A stretch of 64,000 bases of DNA from Octopus vulgaris (taxonomy: Eukaryota): assembly GCA_951406725.2 (NCBI GenBank), contig OX597821.1, positions 76,756,001 to 76,820,000 on the forward strand, given 5' to 3'. Both the position numbers and the translations under genes were made by a program. Under the pieces are notes generated by a model. That model saw only the letters and a list, made by a program, of their open reading frames with translations. It made no database searches and was not told the DNA's origin. Below are positions 39,974-55,383 of this stretch, in pieces. Numbering within the stretch: position 1 is the stretch's first letter; each line of letters starts with the position of its first letter.

Positions 39974-40129
39974 CGTATCTGCACGCATGCGTGTGTGTGC
40001 GTGAGTGGATCTCTATGTATTTCAATGTGTTTGCATATGTCCGTCTTCTTGCTTGGAGAATAAAGATAAACGGGGTTGCAAAATATCAATATAAAGTTCA
40101 CAGAGTAAAATAAACAAGAATTTTTTTAA

Positions 40130-40625
40130 TTCTTTTATTCCAGTCAGTTTGACTGCGGCCAAACTGGAGCACCGCCTTGAAGAGTGTTAGTAAAAAAAAA
40201 CATCGACACCAGGACTTATTTCTTAGGCCTAGTACTTAGTCAATCGTTTTTTTTTTTTTTTTTTTTGCCGAACCGCTAATTTACGGAGGACGTAGATACA
40301 CCAACACCGGTTGTCAAGTGATGGTGGAGTGACAGGCACGAAGACATAAAATCATCTATACATATATACATATATACGACGAGCTTCTTCCAGTTTCCGT
40401 TTACCAAAACCACTCACAAGGCTTTGGTCGGCTTGGGGCTATAGTACAGGACACTTGCCTAAGATGCTGGTGTTTTTACGTCCCCGTAATTTAGCGGTTC
40501 GGCAAAGAGACCGATAGAATAAATACTAGGCTTCCAAAGAATAAGTCCCGGGGTCGATTTGCTCGACTAAAGGCGGTGCTCCAGCATGGCCACGGTCAAA
40601 TGACTGAAACAAGTAAAAGAGTAGA
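40130..40625. mobile_element. Two abutting family A SINE fragments in opposite orientation
   Basis: Minus copy 40130-40465 joined to a plus 3' half at 40465-40625. Confidence 0.75.
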
Positions 40626-41204
40626 GAGTAATACGATCGCGTATATTATCAACTTCATAAAAGAATTGAAGACTTGGTGTGGAACCGGATTTAACCACAA
40701 TTTCATATTTGGCGCACTTTTTCTAAGCAAATTATTTCTTTATTATCCATAAGGATTAACATAGATGGGGACAATACAATGATTTGGGGTCAAAAATGGA
40801 ACTTTGAACAATGAAATCGGATGGATTATTTACAGTGAAATCGGATGGGTTATTTACAATGGAGTTATAATGAAAATGAAATCGAATAAGAACAAACAAA
40901 CAAAAAGAGACAAATGAAGTTAAAAGAACAGGGTAGCCGACCCCACGAGTCCTGTTATTTCAGCTGAAACCTTTTGGTAGGTGATTATGGCGTGTTCAGG
41001 GCCTTTCACACCAGCAAGACCACCACAAATATATTCAGCGCATTATAACCACTACTGACAGACAGTGGTCAGTAGACATCAGACCGGAGACAGAAGACGG
41101 CAGCCAGCAGCAGTGGCATAACCAGCAGCTGACTAGAGTACTGTCACAATAGAAAAAAAATAAAAGAATGGACAATGGTAACAGAAACACACAATGATCA
41201 GTTA

Positions 41205-41438
41205 CCTATTTCTTTATTACCCACAAGGGGCTAAACACAGAGGGGACAAACAAGGAAAGACATAGGTATTAAGTCGATTACATCGACTCCCAGTGCGTAA
41301 CTGGTACTTAATTTATCGACCCCGAAAGGATGAAAGGCAAAGTCGACCTCGGCGGAATTTGAACTCACAACGTAAGGCAGACGAAATACCGCTAAGCATT
41401 TCGCCCGACGTGCTAACGTTACTGCCAGCTCGCCGCCT
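41205..41438 (-). mobile_element. Full-length family B SINE
   Basis: Reverse complement of 14055-14285. Confidence 0.85.
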
Positions 41439-41933
41439 GAACCAGCCGAGTCCAGGAGCAATAAACTTCGAACTGCTGCAGTGTTTGACGTTCGAAGTAA
41501 CGATATTTTTGTTGTGGTTGTTGTTTACGATAAAAAATTTAAAAATTAACAAAAATCTCAAATAGATTTCGGTGATTTTTATCGATCAGGTCGATTCCAA
41601 TACTTACTTTTACTTTCAAGTCTAGCATTTATTCAATCTATTTCCCCTTACCCAAACCTATAAACGATGTGTGTGTGTGTGTGTAGCCGGGCTTCCACAC
41701 GGCTTACGTTAGTCAAATTCATTCACACAAGTGGCCTGCTAATGATTCTAATAGCCCGCTGCCTTCATTGGATCCTTAATGATGGAAGAAGTTCACGAAG
41801 GAAGTTAATAAGTTTATTGTATTTAAACTAATGGATGTAACTCTTGTTACGGAAATGCACACGCGCACGCAAACACGTAGAAATATACGTATATATAACT
41901 ACATATATGTGAGTGTAACCATACATACATACA

Positions 41934-41990
<57 letters not shown>

Positions 41991-42713
41991 TCATATGTAT
42001 ACTTACATATGAATATACTGGCTCCCGTGCCGGTGGTACGTAAAAAGCACCTTCTGAACGTGGCCGATGCCAGTACCCACTGACTGGCTCCCGTGCCAGT
42101 CGCACGTAAAAAGCACCCACAACACTCTCAGAGTGGTTGGCGTTAGGAAGGAGCCTCCTGCCTTGCCAGTCCTCAGTTAAACCGTCCAACTCATGCCAGC
42201 ATGGAAAATGGACGTTAAACGAGGATGATGATATATATATATATATATCATCATCATCATCGTTTAACGTCCATGTATATATACATACATTACCTATAAG
42301 CATACATATACAAAATCCTATACACACATAAACACATATGTACACATAATTGTATGTGCGCGCATATATGTGTGGGTATGTGTGGAAGAGGTAATAAGAA
42401 ATACGTAAGGTATGCCTTAATTCTTCTAAACGATTATATTTAGGCAATTATTCAACTAACGAGAAATTGCTAAAAATTATGAACATTGCATGTGTGAAGT
42501 ATACCTACAAAAAGAAAGAGTCTCGGAAATACGCATATGTGAAAAATATGTGTATATTTACCTCGGGTAATATTTCCAAACAACTAGTTGTTTCGATGTT
42601 TTATCGTTTCCTCAGCCGGTGTAAAAAAAAAAGAAAGAAAAGGAAAAGAAACAGTCTACCATGATGTGTTGCCATAGATAATAGCTGGCCATGTGGAGTG
42701 GAAAATAGATCGA

Positions 42714-42773
<60 letters not shown>

Positions 42774-42854
42774 GTATGTGTATATATATATCTCTCTATA
42801 TATATATGTATATAGGTATATATATATGTATATATATATGCATGTATGTAAACA

Positions 42855-43465
42855 TAAAACATAGGCTGTGACAGCCGAGGACGTGCGTAGATTTGAAAGA
42901 AATGAAGCCAGTATGCTTCGCTAGATGTGATATGTCAGTGCGCATGTTCAAAGAAGTGTAAGCATCTTGAGAGAAAAGTTGGGCATAAGAGGCATCACAT
43001 GTGGTGTGCAAGAGAGACGACTGCGCTGGCATGGTTATGTGATGTGTATGGACGAGGGCAGCAGTGTAATGGAGTATTGATCTCTAACTGTGGAGGGTAG
43101 ACCAAGGAAGACATTGGACGAAGTGGTGAAGCATGATCTTCGAACCTTAAGCCTCACAAAGACAATGACCGGGACCTTTGGCATTATGTCGTGCTTCAGA
43201 AGAAGACCCATCAAGCCGAGCAAAATCGCAGTCGTGGCAGATACCGGTGTCACGCAAATGTCACCCGTGCTGGTGGCACGCAAAAGCACCCATTAGACTC
43301 CCGGAGCAGTTGGCGTTAGGAAGGGCATCCAGCCGTAGAAACCATGCCAAATCAGATTGGAGTCTGGTGCTGTCTTCCAGCTTATCAGCCTTGGTCAAAC
43401 TGTCCAACCCATGCCAGCATGGACAACAGACGGTAATTGATGATGATGATGATGATGATGATGAT
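42855..43465 (+). mobile_element. RTE-clade LINE 3' end with (GAT)n tail
   Basis: [19 protein letters not shown]...LREKLGIRGI...QERRLRWHGYV...GRPRKTLDEVVKHDL. The 3' UTR is shared with fragments at ~29870-30100, 38590-38710, 42017-42232, 48520-48730 and 48980-49200. Confidence 0.85.
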
Positions 43466-43712
43466 GTGTATGTATACACACACACACACATAAAGCTTGT
43501 TTCACTCTTTGGACTACGGCCATGCTGGGGCACCGCCTTGAAGAATATTTTGCCGAATGAATCGACCCAAGTACGTTTTCTTTTTTTTAATCCTGGTATT
43601 TATTCTATCCGTCTCTTTTACCGAAACGCCATGTTACAGGGTCGTAAACACACCAACATCTGTTGTCAAGTGGTAGTGGAGGGACAAAAACAGACACAAA
43701 TACACACATACA

Positions 43713-43761
<49 letters not shown>

Positions 43762-45414
43762 TTTAAAATTAATTTTGTCGGTTGGTATTAATGGTGTGGA
43801 GACACATGTAAACCAGGTAAAACAATTAAAAAAATACAAAAATTGAAACTGAAATCGAAATTTCGGTAATAATTTTGAGGGAGATTTGGGTTCTATTTCT
43901 ACCGGGTATTGCGACTGTCTATTGCTCCTCTTATTGGCTCGTAAAGAATTTCAATTTTATCATTTTTATCAAATTCCAAATCGAAAAGCTGTCTAAGAGA
44001 AAAAGTTACGTAAGTACAAGTTGAATGGAGATTGCGTGACTGTGTGGTAGGACCTTTGCTGCACAATCACAAGCTTCGGGGTTCAGTCTCACCTTGGGCA
44101 AATGTCTTCTACTAATGCCAAAGCCTTGTGAGTGGATATGAAAGATAGAAACTGAAAGAAGCCCGTCCATGGCGGTGCTCCAGTATGACCACGGCCGCAT
44201 GGCTGAAACGAGTAAAAGAGTATACATACATACACACACAAATATATGCATGTATGTATGTATGTATGTATGTATGTATGTATGTATGTATGTATGTATG
44301 TATGTATGTGTGTATGTGTATGTGTATGTGTGTGTGTGTGTATTACGTATATGTTTGTGTTTGTCCCGTTATCATCGCTTGACAATCGATGTTGATTTAC
44401 TCACGTCCCCATAACTTCACGGTTCGGCAAATGACACCGATTGATTAGGTACAAAACTTAAGAAAAAAATGTCGATTTGTTCAGCTAAACCCTTCAAGAT
44501 GGTATGGCCGCAGTCCAATGACTGATACAAGTAAAATATGAAAGCTAAACGATAAAAGAATAGCCTAATGGCTGCATTGATTAAGATAGTTTTTTTTACT
44601 TGCACATGCTTCCTTATGTTTCGGGTGAAGTTATTTACTCTAGTTTAGCGGCCAATCCAAGATGGGATTTTTTCACATCCACTTAATTTTTTGAAAACTG
44701 GAGTTAAGGATCGACTCGTGAATGATAGATCATTATGAGTTGAGTAAGAGGGTAAACTTGAAAATATCAAAAATAAAAACAAAATTACATGGTACACATT
44801 TGGGATTATTGAAGACATGTGGGGCAAGTGAAACCAAAGACCCAGTCTTCGACTGTTGCGATGATGATGAGAAATATAATAACAATCGTTTCTACTTTAG
44901 GCACAAGCCAGAAATTTTGATGGGAGAGAACCCAGGGCTCAATTCCAATGGTATTTTATCTTATCGACTCCCAAAGGATGAAAGAAAGAGTTGACCTCAG
45001 CGGTATTTGAACTCAGAACAGAAGAAATGCCGCTAAGTATTTTGTCTGATGCTTTAATGATTCTGCCAGCTCGCTGCCTGAATTAACAACAGTGATGATA
45101 AGGATAATTTCTAACAACCGGATTTATCTCATTGCGTTACGGATTTTCGTTATGTCTTCAGTAAAACGTAACCTTCGAACACATGCCATGACAAATAGAA
45201 TATCATTATCGAAAACATTGATAATCTTTAACTTTGGTAAGATGACGAAACTGGTAAAACAATGGACAAAACACCTTGTATTTAGTTGTATTCTTTTATG
45301 CCTTGAATTTAAATCATGTTCAAACAGATCAAATGAGGACGCCCACAAGTACTAAGCTCAATATGAACTAGTAAATTGTAAGAGGTGAACTTAATTACAG
45401 GTGAACTTAGTGGT

Positions 45415-45845
45415 GATGATTTGCGACAGTGAAACATGGGTTCTGAACACTAGCAACATGAATGCCCTGTTTGTAACCCAACGGAAAACGGAACGAATCA
45501 TGCTCGGCATCACATTGCGGGACAAGAAAACTAACGCCTGGATTCGACTCCACATGAGAGACGACGTCATCAGAAGAACTATCAAGGAGAACAAATATAG
45601 ATGGGCTGGCCGCATTGCGTGACTGAAGGACAACAGATGGACGATCAAAGTGACAGAATGGACACTAAAACAATAGGCAATATCAAGAGGCCGACTGAAG
45701 ACAAGATCGAGAGATGATCTCACGTGCTCTTGGGGCCTACGTGGCCACAACTGAACAGAGAGAGAGAGAGAGAGAGAGCAGTGGAAGGAGTCCAAGGAGG
45801 GGTATCTCCTTCAGGAATGGTGAAGCTCTGGATAAGGATAAGGAT
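45415..45845 (+). mobile_element. Second RTE-clade LINE 3' remnant
   Basis: CDSETWVL...TQRKTERIMLGITLRDKKTNAWIR...KYRWAGRIA*LKDNRWT...SRGRLKTR matches the RTE RT C-terminal motifs. Confidence 0.85.
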
Positions 45846-47061
45846 ATTTAATTGGAAGAAGACTGCTTGGTAACCTTAATTAAGGGTCAAATATTTGATT
45901 TCTGTGTGTGTGTAAGTGAATGGGGCATCTGTCTCCAAAACTCCAAAGTTGAGTAACGTTTCCATGCTTGGATTTGTAAACTGCGAAAAGAATAACACTG
46001 GTCAACAAACAATTAGTCCCAAGGAAGAGAATACCCGTATCTTACGTTTTTGCTTGTAGAATTCAAAAATAATGTCAAATTATCTTTATCACCCACAGTT
46101 ACTCTGTTCCTGTTATGTGGGTTAAATTTCAGTTAAGCTGTTGAAATGTGAAGCTAACGGCTTAAGAAATACTCCTAAATTAAATTTTTATGAATAGAAT
46201 TAACCTATGAAATCATAAATCCAGCTATCTGAATCAATGAGTACACAAAATATATAAAAGGAAAATATGTAAAAATACTAACACACAGAAAAAAGCACAG
46301 AAAAATATGTAATATACTAACACAGAAAAATTAAAACAAAACACGCGGTTGAAAAGAATCTCGTGGTGTGAAGGAATTACGAATGAAAAATCGACATAGA
46401 CAACAACGGCACAGAAAACAGTGAGACACAACACAGCGTGTGGTTGTCATGGTAAAAAGCTGCTAATGCCATGCTGTCTGCTGATTGGCTAAAATTACCT
46501 AAATTTCCCAACTTTAATGCCTAATAACATCAGATTCTTTAATTTACCAAATAAAGTAATTGGTTGGTCGTAATCAATATTCAGAGTTGCATCGATACAC
46601 TAAAATCGAAAGCAATCTGAGCAAAATTAAGAGGGGCTCATTTTGCGAATGAGAAAGATTAGATCTAGGCATTGCCTTCAAGACATATCTTTTTCCCTTC
46701 AGCTGAACAACTCGACCACAGGACTTTTTTTTTTAAGTCTGTAATTATTTCTATCAGTGTCTTTTGCTGAACCACTAGATTACGGGGGACGTAAACAAAC
46801 CAACACCAGTTGTCAAGCGGTGTGGGGACAAACACAAAACACACACACGATGGGCTTTTATTTACAGTTTTCGTCCAGAAGAGTCTTGCCCGAGTTGCCG
46901 CGCATTGGGATTGAACCGCAAGCCACGTGATTGCAAAGCGAGCTTCTTAACTGCACAACCGAGCCTGCGCCTGTATTTACATACAACCAGACATCCAGCA
47001 CGACTGCATTAAGAGACTATTTAGAGAGAAATGCCGGTTATAGTCGTACCATTCTTTCATT

Positions 47062-47094
<33 letters not shown>

Positions 47095-47450
47095 TCCCTC
47101 GCAGACAATTCTAACGTTTGATCATTCTCTCTGCTACTGCACCAGAAATGAAAACAGAAAAACGTAAAAAGAAAAAAAAAATTTTAACGGAAGAAAAGCG
47201 AAAAACGCTTCGTCTAAACGGGCTTATTACATAGATGGCTGATATCAGATAAAACTCAGTAAATTTGTGACATATGGAGCGTGGAAGCACCGTCGTCTCC
47301 TCACAAAGCTTTTCTCTCTCTAATCTACACAACTACTACAAGTCGTTCTTATGAAGCGGTTGACTAAGATAACAAGCATCAGACATGGAATATGTCATAC
47401 TTAACTAAAGATCGGAAACAGATTTACATTACTGATGTGGAAGCTTATAC

Positions 47451-47498
<48 letters not shown>

Positions 47499-47499
<1 letters not shown>

Positions 47500-47775
47500 G
47501 AGTGAGAGAGCAGTTCATGCCATCAAAGTGACACTGGGGTAAAATATACGAAGCCCAATATACCCATCATGACTACCCGTCTGATAAGGGTACACCAGGC
47601 ACATGCATCACAACCATATGTGCGCGACATGGTGATCTCATATCAAGATAAATAGCACATGACCTTGCAGGTGGGGCCCAGTTAGAATTTTCTTCAGGTT
47701 GAGTAGCCTATCCCGCTCAAGAGGTCCCTGAATAAGGGTTGTTTAAGGTTGTTGAAAGAACCACCCATGTTTCCA
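47499..47775 (-). mobile_element. Truncated copy of the 3301-3858 retroposon
   Basis: High identity over ~275 bp, lying between TTA arrays. Confidence 0.75.
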
Positions 47776-47786
47776 TATTATTATTA

Positions 47787-47844
<58 letters not shown>

Positions 47845-48522
47845 GGCGGCGAGTTGGCAGAATAGTTAGCACGTCGGACAAAATGCTCAACGGCGTTTCT
47901 TCCGGCTCTTTACGTTCTGTGTTCAAATTCGACTTTGCTTTTCATCCTTTCGGGGTCGATAAATTAAGTGCCAGTCTGGTACTGAAGTCACATTAAATCG
48001 ACTTGCCCGTTTCCCTTAAAATTGCTGGCCTCGTGCCAAAACTAGGAAGAATTACTATTCATCGTCAGAGCGTCGGGGAAAAAATGCATCACAGCAGGAC
48101 TTTTTACGTTCTGAGTTCAAATTATGCTGATGTCATCTTTGCGCTTCATTTTTCGTGGGGCTGAAATAACGTGCCAGTGAAGCACTGGGGTCGATGATAT
48201 CAACAAAACGTCCCCCCTAAAAAATTACTGGCCTTCTGCTTAAACTAGAAACCATTAATATTGTTATTACTTGTTGATTTTGTTGTTGTCGATGATGATG
48301 ATGATGCGTTTTGTTAGAGCCACATTATCCATTTATAATCACACGCACTATTTATTGTTCACTCGCTGTGTGGTTAAGACGTTTTCTTCCCAACCACATG
48401 GTTCTGGGTTCAGTCCCACTGCGTGGCGTGGCACCTTGGGCAAATGTTTTCTTCTGTAGTCTTGAGCTGACCAAAGACTTTGTGAGTGGATTTGGTACAT
48501 GAAAACTGAAAGATATGTATAC

Positions 48523-48555
<33 letters not shown>

Positions 48556-48786
48556 TTAACGTCTGTTTTCCATGCTGGTAGGGGTTAGACGGTTTGATAG
48601 GAGCTGGCAAGATGGAGGGTTGCACCAGGTTCCAATTGTCTGTTTTGGCATGGTTTCTATGGCTAGATTCTCATCCTTAATGCCAACCACTTTACAGAGT
48701 GTACTGGGTGCTTTTTACATAGCACCAGTGTGTAAATATGTGTGCGTGTGTATATAAGTATATTTATATATTTGTATGTATATATA

Positions 48787-48881
<95 letters not shown>

Positions 48882-49664
48882 GTATATAGATAGATAGATA
48901 AATAGATAGCTAGATAGATAGATAGACAGATAGATAGATCAACATGCATGCATGTGTGTTTTGTGTGTGTGTGTGAGTTGGCGTCTACTTGTCTTGACAG
49001 TGCACGATAGTTGTAAATAAGTGCCACCATACAAATAGTATCATTCTTTTCCTATATAATGTGAAAACACGTCTGGCCAGGGGGAAATATCACGTTGCTT
49101 AGAAACGAAGCGAGTGTTGAAAATAGGAAGGGCGTCCGGCTGTAGAAAATTTGCCTCATGGAATTCCTTCTGTTCAAGCAAGTATGGAAAAGCAAACGTG
49201 AAGTGAATGAGGGTGTTGATATCCTCAAAGGGCGTTAATTGCTTCTTGTCGATTAACGCCGTTATTCCTTCTTCTCCTAAACCAATGGTAACAAAACTTG
49301 TTGATCGGACAATGCATTTGAAAGGGGGTTGATTTATTGATTTCTTGCTTTTATTTATTATTAATGTTTTTTGGTTTTATTAAGACAGTTGGTCAACAGA
49401 ATGGTTACCGTGCAGGGCAAAACGCTTAGCACTATTCCTTCTGGTTCTTTACGTTCTAAGTTCAAATTTCCCCGAGGTCGGCTTTGCTTTTCATCCTTTC
49501 GGATGTTGATAAAATAAGTACCAGTTGAATACTGGTGTCAACGTAATCTACTGAACTCCCTTCTCCACTGAAATTACTGGCTTTGTGTCAAAATTTGAAA
49601 CAAATGTTCTTTGTCTTTAAAGAATCGTCGTGTGAGTGAAGGATTGCCCAGGCCTAAGTCAAAA

Positions 49665-49738
<74 letters not shown>

Positions 49739-50938
49739 CATTATCATCATCATCATCATCATCATTGTTGTTGTTGTTTTAGTTGTTGTTAAGGTGGCGA
49801 GCTAGCAGAATCGTTAGCATACCAGGTGACACGCTTAGCGGTATTTCACCCATCGCTCCGTTCTGAGTTCAAATTCAACTGAGGACGACTTTACCTTTCA
49901 TCCTTTCGGGGGTTGATAAAGCAAGTACCAGTTGAATGCTGGGGTCGATGTAATCGACTGAGCTCCCTTCCCCGCCGAAATTACTGGCCTTGTGTCAAAA
50001 TTTGAAACAAATGTTCTTTGTAATATTTTACTTTATCCGTGGCAACCCCGATTTGAGTATGGCGGAATATGCTGTTTTAAGATCTAAAACGGAAAACATG
50101 CGATTACATTCGAGATGTAGGGAGATATTAGTTGTGAGGAAGTTTTGACTGTTACATTTGGCAAGTCGAGAACTTGATTCGTTGGTTGTATTGCTGGGTC
50201 ACAGAGACCTCACCAAAGATTGACTTCATATATTTTCATGTAAAAGTTATGCTTAAATAGTTTTATCCTTACTTTCAACAGCAATAGAAGTGCACATCGT
50301 AGGGTAAATATAAGCTTCTAAGAATTCAAGAGGAACAAAAATTAAACAAAAACAACATTGCTATAGATTAAATTAGCGATGTTGGTGTTTGTAGTTGTAA
50401 CATTGGTGGTGGTGGAGGTGGTGGTGCTGTTGATCATTATCGTGACAAATATTTGAAACGTTCCTTTGCTTCCGTTCTTTATCTTATAATCTACAAAAAA
50501 AGACGACTAGAAATTACCACCCTTGAAAATTACTTCTATAAATGGTAGGCAGCGAAATTATGAAAATTAATAATATTATTCTACTTTTAGTAATTAACAA
50601 AATTTTATATTCAAAATTGTTGCGATGTGAGAAACTGAATCTTCGGATAGCCATTTCACATCCAAAGAACCCCTCGTTGGTGCATGAGACAAAGTTTCTT
50701 CTATAAAACACAGCATTTAAGCTTCAAGGTCTCAATTCACAATATAACATGCTTATGGGACACATTCTTGACTGCATCACGTTTCTTATACAGGCTTTTC
50801 ATAAATTATCTCCACAATTTTCACAATTCATTGTAATGTATCATCTAGATCTGTTGCGTGCAACTAATGGAGCCCACGTGGAAGTATTCTAGTGCTTCAA
50901 ATTAAACTTCATTTGTTTTCCAATAAACTCTTGGGGAC

Positions 50939-51094
50939 TTGGAGTAAAGATTGTTTGCCAACATAACAAGGCAGTACTGGTTTAGGACGTGTCATATAGC
51001 CAGCTGGAGACGGTGTCTCCTGGGGGCTAAATTACAGCGACATTTGTCCTAAACCAGGACTGCTACGTTATGTTTCAAAAAATCTTTACTCCAA
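50939..51094. mobile_element. Palindromic MITE-like element
   Basis: ttggagtaaagatt / aatctttactccaa, gcagtactggtttaggac / gtcctaaaccaggactgc, and a central ggagac-ggt-gtctcc. Confidence 0.75.
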
Positions 51095-51452
51095 AATACT
51101 GTTGCTGAATATCTCACGTTGTGAAATTTAAAAAAAGTAATTTTCTTGCAGAGTTAATCCTTATTTTTCAATTTTTTTTCTGAATTTTACAAACTGAAAA
51201 GTTAATTCATAGACATCTTGTACTTTTAATAGGAAGATAACATCAATGAGTTTTCTTCTATCTTATATCTCTTACTTATTCAAACTGAGGCCATGCTGGG
51301 GCACCGTCCTGGTGAGCTTAGTCGAATAAATCAACCCCAGAACGTATTTCTAAGCCTGGCAATTATTCTGTCGGTCTCTTTCATCGAACCGCTATGTTAT
51401 AGGGACATAAACAAACCAGCACCAATGTAGGCAAGATAAACAGACACATATG

Positions 51453-51496
<44 letters not shown>

Positions 51497-51588
51497 TATA
51501 TATATATACATATATATATATACATACATATTATACATACATATATATACATTCATATATATATATACATACACACACATATATATAA

Positions 51589-51619
<31 letters not shown>

Positions 51620-51633
51620 AATACATACATATA

Positions 51634-51669
<36 letters not shown>

Positions 51670-52118
51670 TGTATTCACACATACACATATTTATACGACG
51701 GGCTACCACTAAAAGGTTTTGTCTACCAATTCTTTTACAAAGCATTAGTCACCCCAGGGCTAAGGTAGAAGGCACTTGTCCAAAGTGTTGCAGCGTGGGA
51801 CTGAACCAGAACCTCAGGGTTTCAAAGCAAGCGTCTAAACCACACAGCCATGCCTTCGCCTAGAAGCAAACATAAAACATACAACATGTGCGATGAGGCT
51901 TTATAGGTTACACACACATACACTATAGATATGTGCCTTGAGATGTATGGACGAGAATAAAGAGTACTCAATACGCTGTGGCGAAGTGTAAATTTCATTC
52001 GCAGTTGTTTGAAATTCATTCTGAACGAACAGACACACACGAAGAATTCTGAATTGCATCGAAGTGAATCATCAGCTTCGAATGAAGATTTTATCTAGAC
52101 ATACATGCATATAAATGT

Positions 52119-52193
<75 letters not shown>

Positions 52194-52663
52194 CAGTAGT
52201 CCGACGAAAAGCAAGACTTCAATGTCATAGTCACCCAAGTAACATGTATTCCACTAAAAAGTATTGAGAAATATTTGGCTTTCATATTAAATTGTTTTTA
52301 TACACTTGTTGTGTTTGGGGAGAACCATTCTCTTTTACTGCCTTATAATTTAATACGCGCACCGGTAAAATTTCCACTCATTTATTTATTTTTCTATTTG
52401 TTTTTATAGATATCTTTCAGATGAACGCAAACAGCATTAATGTATATCTGTCTGTCTGTCTGTCTGTCTGTATGTATGTATGTATGTATGTATATATGTA
52501 TGTATGTATGTATGCATGTATGTATGCATGTATGTAAGTAAGTGTGTATGTACATATATACTGTGTGTGCGTTTTGATCCATACATGTAACTCCCAATAA
52601 ATTACTTGAGTGCCCGTCTTTCCTTTGTCTACTTGCATATATATATGTATAAATACATACACG

Positions 52664-52757
<94 letters not shown>

Positions 52758-52860
52758 GTTAATCCAAACAAGAAAACACAGAAAAAAGAAAAAAACACAG
52801 CAACGCGAGGACGTGGAACAATCAAAGTATTATTGACGCTCAGGAAAGAAGGGAAGGAGG

Positions 52861-52895
52861 GTTTAACGTTTCGAGCGGAGCTCTTCGTCGGAAAC
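52861..52895 (-). ncRNA. Hammerhead motif of family H1 (U4C core change) within repeat ~52755-52945
   Basis: GUUU-CCGACGA-A-GAGC ucc GCUC-GAAA-CG-UU-AAAC, with perfect stems I and II. Confidence 0.6.
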
Positions 52896-52965
52896 AAGGA
52901 GAAGGAAAGATCCCAAGAAGGGAAGACAGAGGAAAAAATATTTTTGCTGGTGGTGCTCAAGAGAT

Positions 52966-53040
<75 letters not shown>

Positions 53041-53564
53041 GCCAACACCTAAAAATGATCAGAAATGGCTCCAACGGAAAGAAAGTAGTATTAACGTGTT
53101 TGGTCTTTCAATTTTACTCAACTAATCAATGGATCGATTGAGTAAATATATCGATGACGAACCTGTAAGGACTACTGGAAACAGCTGTAAGTCAGATTTG
53201 CTACAATAAAGGAAAATATGCAATGGGCATTATTTATGCCTTGTCTTCTGTATCGCTCTGAGTAAACACCAGTATAGCTGAAGCACAGCCATGGATTTAC
53301 ACTATAGAATGATGATGAACTGTGACCTCGGACCCTACTACAAGAATACACGGATTTCGTTCCTAATCTAAACAACATTGTTAGCCTGGTGTATTAACTG
53401 AAAGTTTATGAAGTATTTAGCCCGGACTGATAATCCTTCACTGATAACTTTGTCTTACACACATACACACACACATTCACACACACACACACACATAACA
53501 AAAGAGGCAGCGGGTGTTTCCTTTCCTGTATATATGTGTGTGTGTGGTGTGTGTGTGTGTGTGT

Positions 53565-53728
53565 AGGCCCAGGGGTGGCTGTGGGGTAAGAAGCCTACAT
53601 CCCAACCACATGGTTCTGGGTTCAGTCCCACTGTGTGGCCCTTTGGGCTTGTCTCTTCTCCTATAGCCTCAGGCCGACCAAAGCCTTGTGAGTGGATTTG
53701 GTAGACGGAAACTGAGAGAAGCCCGTCG

Positions 53729-53776
<48 letters not shown>

Positions 53777-53990
53777 GTTTGTATGTATTTGTGTGTGTGT
53801 GCTTGTCTCCCACCATGGCTTGACAATTGATGTTGGTGTATTTATCTCCCCGACAACATTAGCGATTCGGCAAAAGAGACCGATAGAATAAGTACTAAGC
53901 TAACAAAGAATACGCCCTGGGATCGATTTGTTCGATTAAAGGCGGTGCTCTAGCTTGGTCACAGTCAAATAACCGAAACAAAAACAAATT
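53565..53990 (+). mobile_element. Full-length family A SINE
   Basis: Matches 36074-36545. Confidence 0.85.
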
Positions 53991-54626
53991 GAACAATAAA
54001 AGAATATACATATATATATTATATGTGTTTGTGAGAGTATATTTCACATAGACTTACACATATACATACATACTTACGTACATACATACATTCATACATA
54101 CATGCATAATACATACATACGTTCGTACATATATTCATACACACATACATACATACATAATATATACGTACACACATACATACACGCATGCATACGTACA
54201 TACATTCATACATACATTAATACATACACACATATATACATACACACATACATGCATACACACATAGACATGCATGCATACATATATATATGTATATATA
54301 TACATACACATATATAAACACACACACATACATACATACATACACACACATACATACACACATGTATACATACATAGACACATCCATACATACATGCATA
54401 CATACACACATGCATACATACATACGCAGATACATACATACATACATACATACATACACACACACATGCACACACACATGCATGCATACAAACATACATA
54501 CGCGTTCACAAAAATGTCTAACCTGCATAAAGTGTTCATATCGTTTTCAGAAGCCATTAAACTGGTTTATTGAGCCTGCAGTAAACGACATTCTCATATA
54601 TTTACACGTTATTTACTCTCGCTAAA

Positions 54627-54663
<37 letters not shown>

Positions 54664-54667
54664 ATAA

Positions 54668-54741
<74 letters not shown>

Positions 54742-54939
54742 ATATACATATCTACTAGTAACCGGAAACGTTCTCTGTGGGATATGCCCGATGTAGTTCA
54801 GGTTTCCACCGCTACAAGCCACTTGATGCGACCCTCAGGCATCTGTCCGCCGACCGGTCCTCCTGTGAGGTCGTACTGCCACGTGGTGTGCCTTTGTTTT
54901 GCAGTACTTCTCCCTCTGTGCGTCGATTTTTGTGATGGC

Positions 54940-55070
54940 TTCTAACTGCTTACAAGGACGCTGCCACGAGCAAAACACAAGTTTACGAGTGGTTTCTACG
55001 AAGACTGTCAACCTGCCGAACGAATGAAAGCATCATGAAAATTCATGAACTGCTCTTGTAGCACCGACTA
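54940..55070 (+). pseudogene. Mariner transposase N-terminal remnant
   Basis: LTAYKDAATSKTQVYEWF...RLSTCRTNESIMKIHELLL*HRL, corresponding to the HTH and RPST motifs. Confidence 0.6.
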
Positions 55071-55319
55071 TTTTTACTCCTTTGTTTAGACTTACGTTAG
55101 TCTTGATCGATTGGACATAAGATCGAAGGCGTTACAGCTTTGATTAAACCACTTTTTTTTTCTTTTTTTTTTTTCCAGAAAGTAGATTCTGAAACACATC
55201 AGTAAATGTGGTTTCCTTGTCTTTAATTAGCATTTGGTTGCTATTTATAGCAAGTCCATCGACCATATAAGAGGCTCCCTCGTCGGTTTTGACAGGACTT
55301 TGGTGTCTGATATAGATTT

Positions 55320-55383
<64 letters not shown>

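Noticed and set aside
53150-53195. Hammerhead-like AUGACGA...GAAA-CAGCUG-UA
   Set aside because: Shares the ACAGCUGU palindrome with 5866, but C3 is lost and stem I does not pair. At most a decayed relic.
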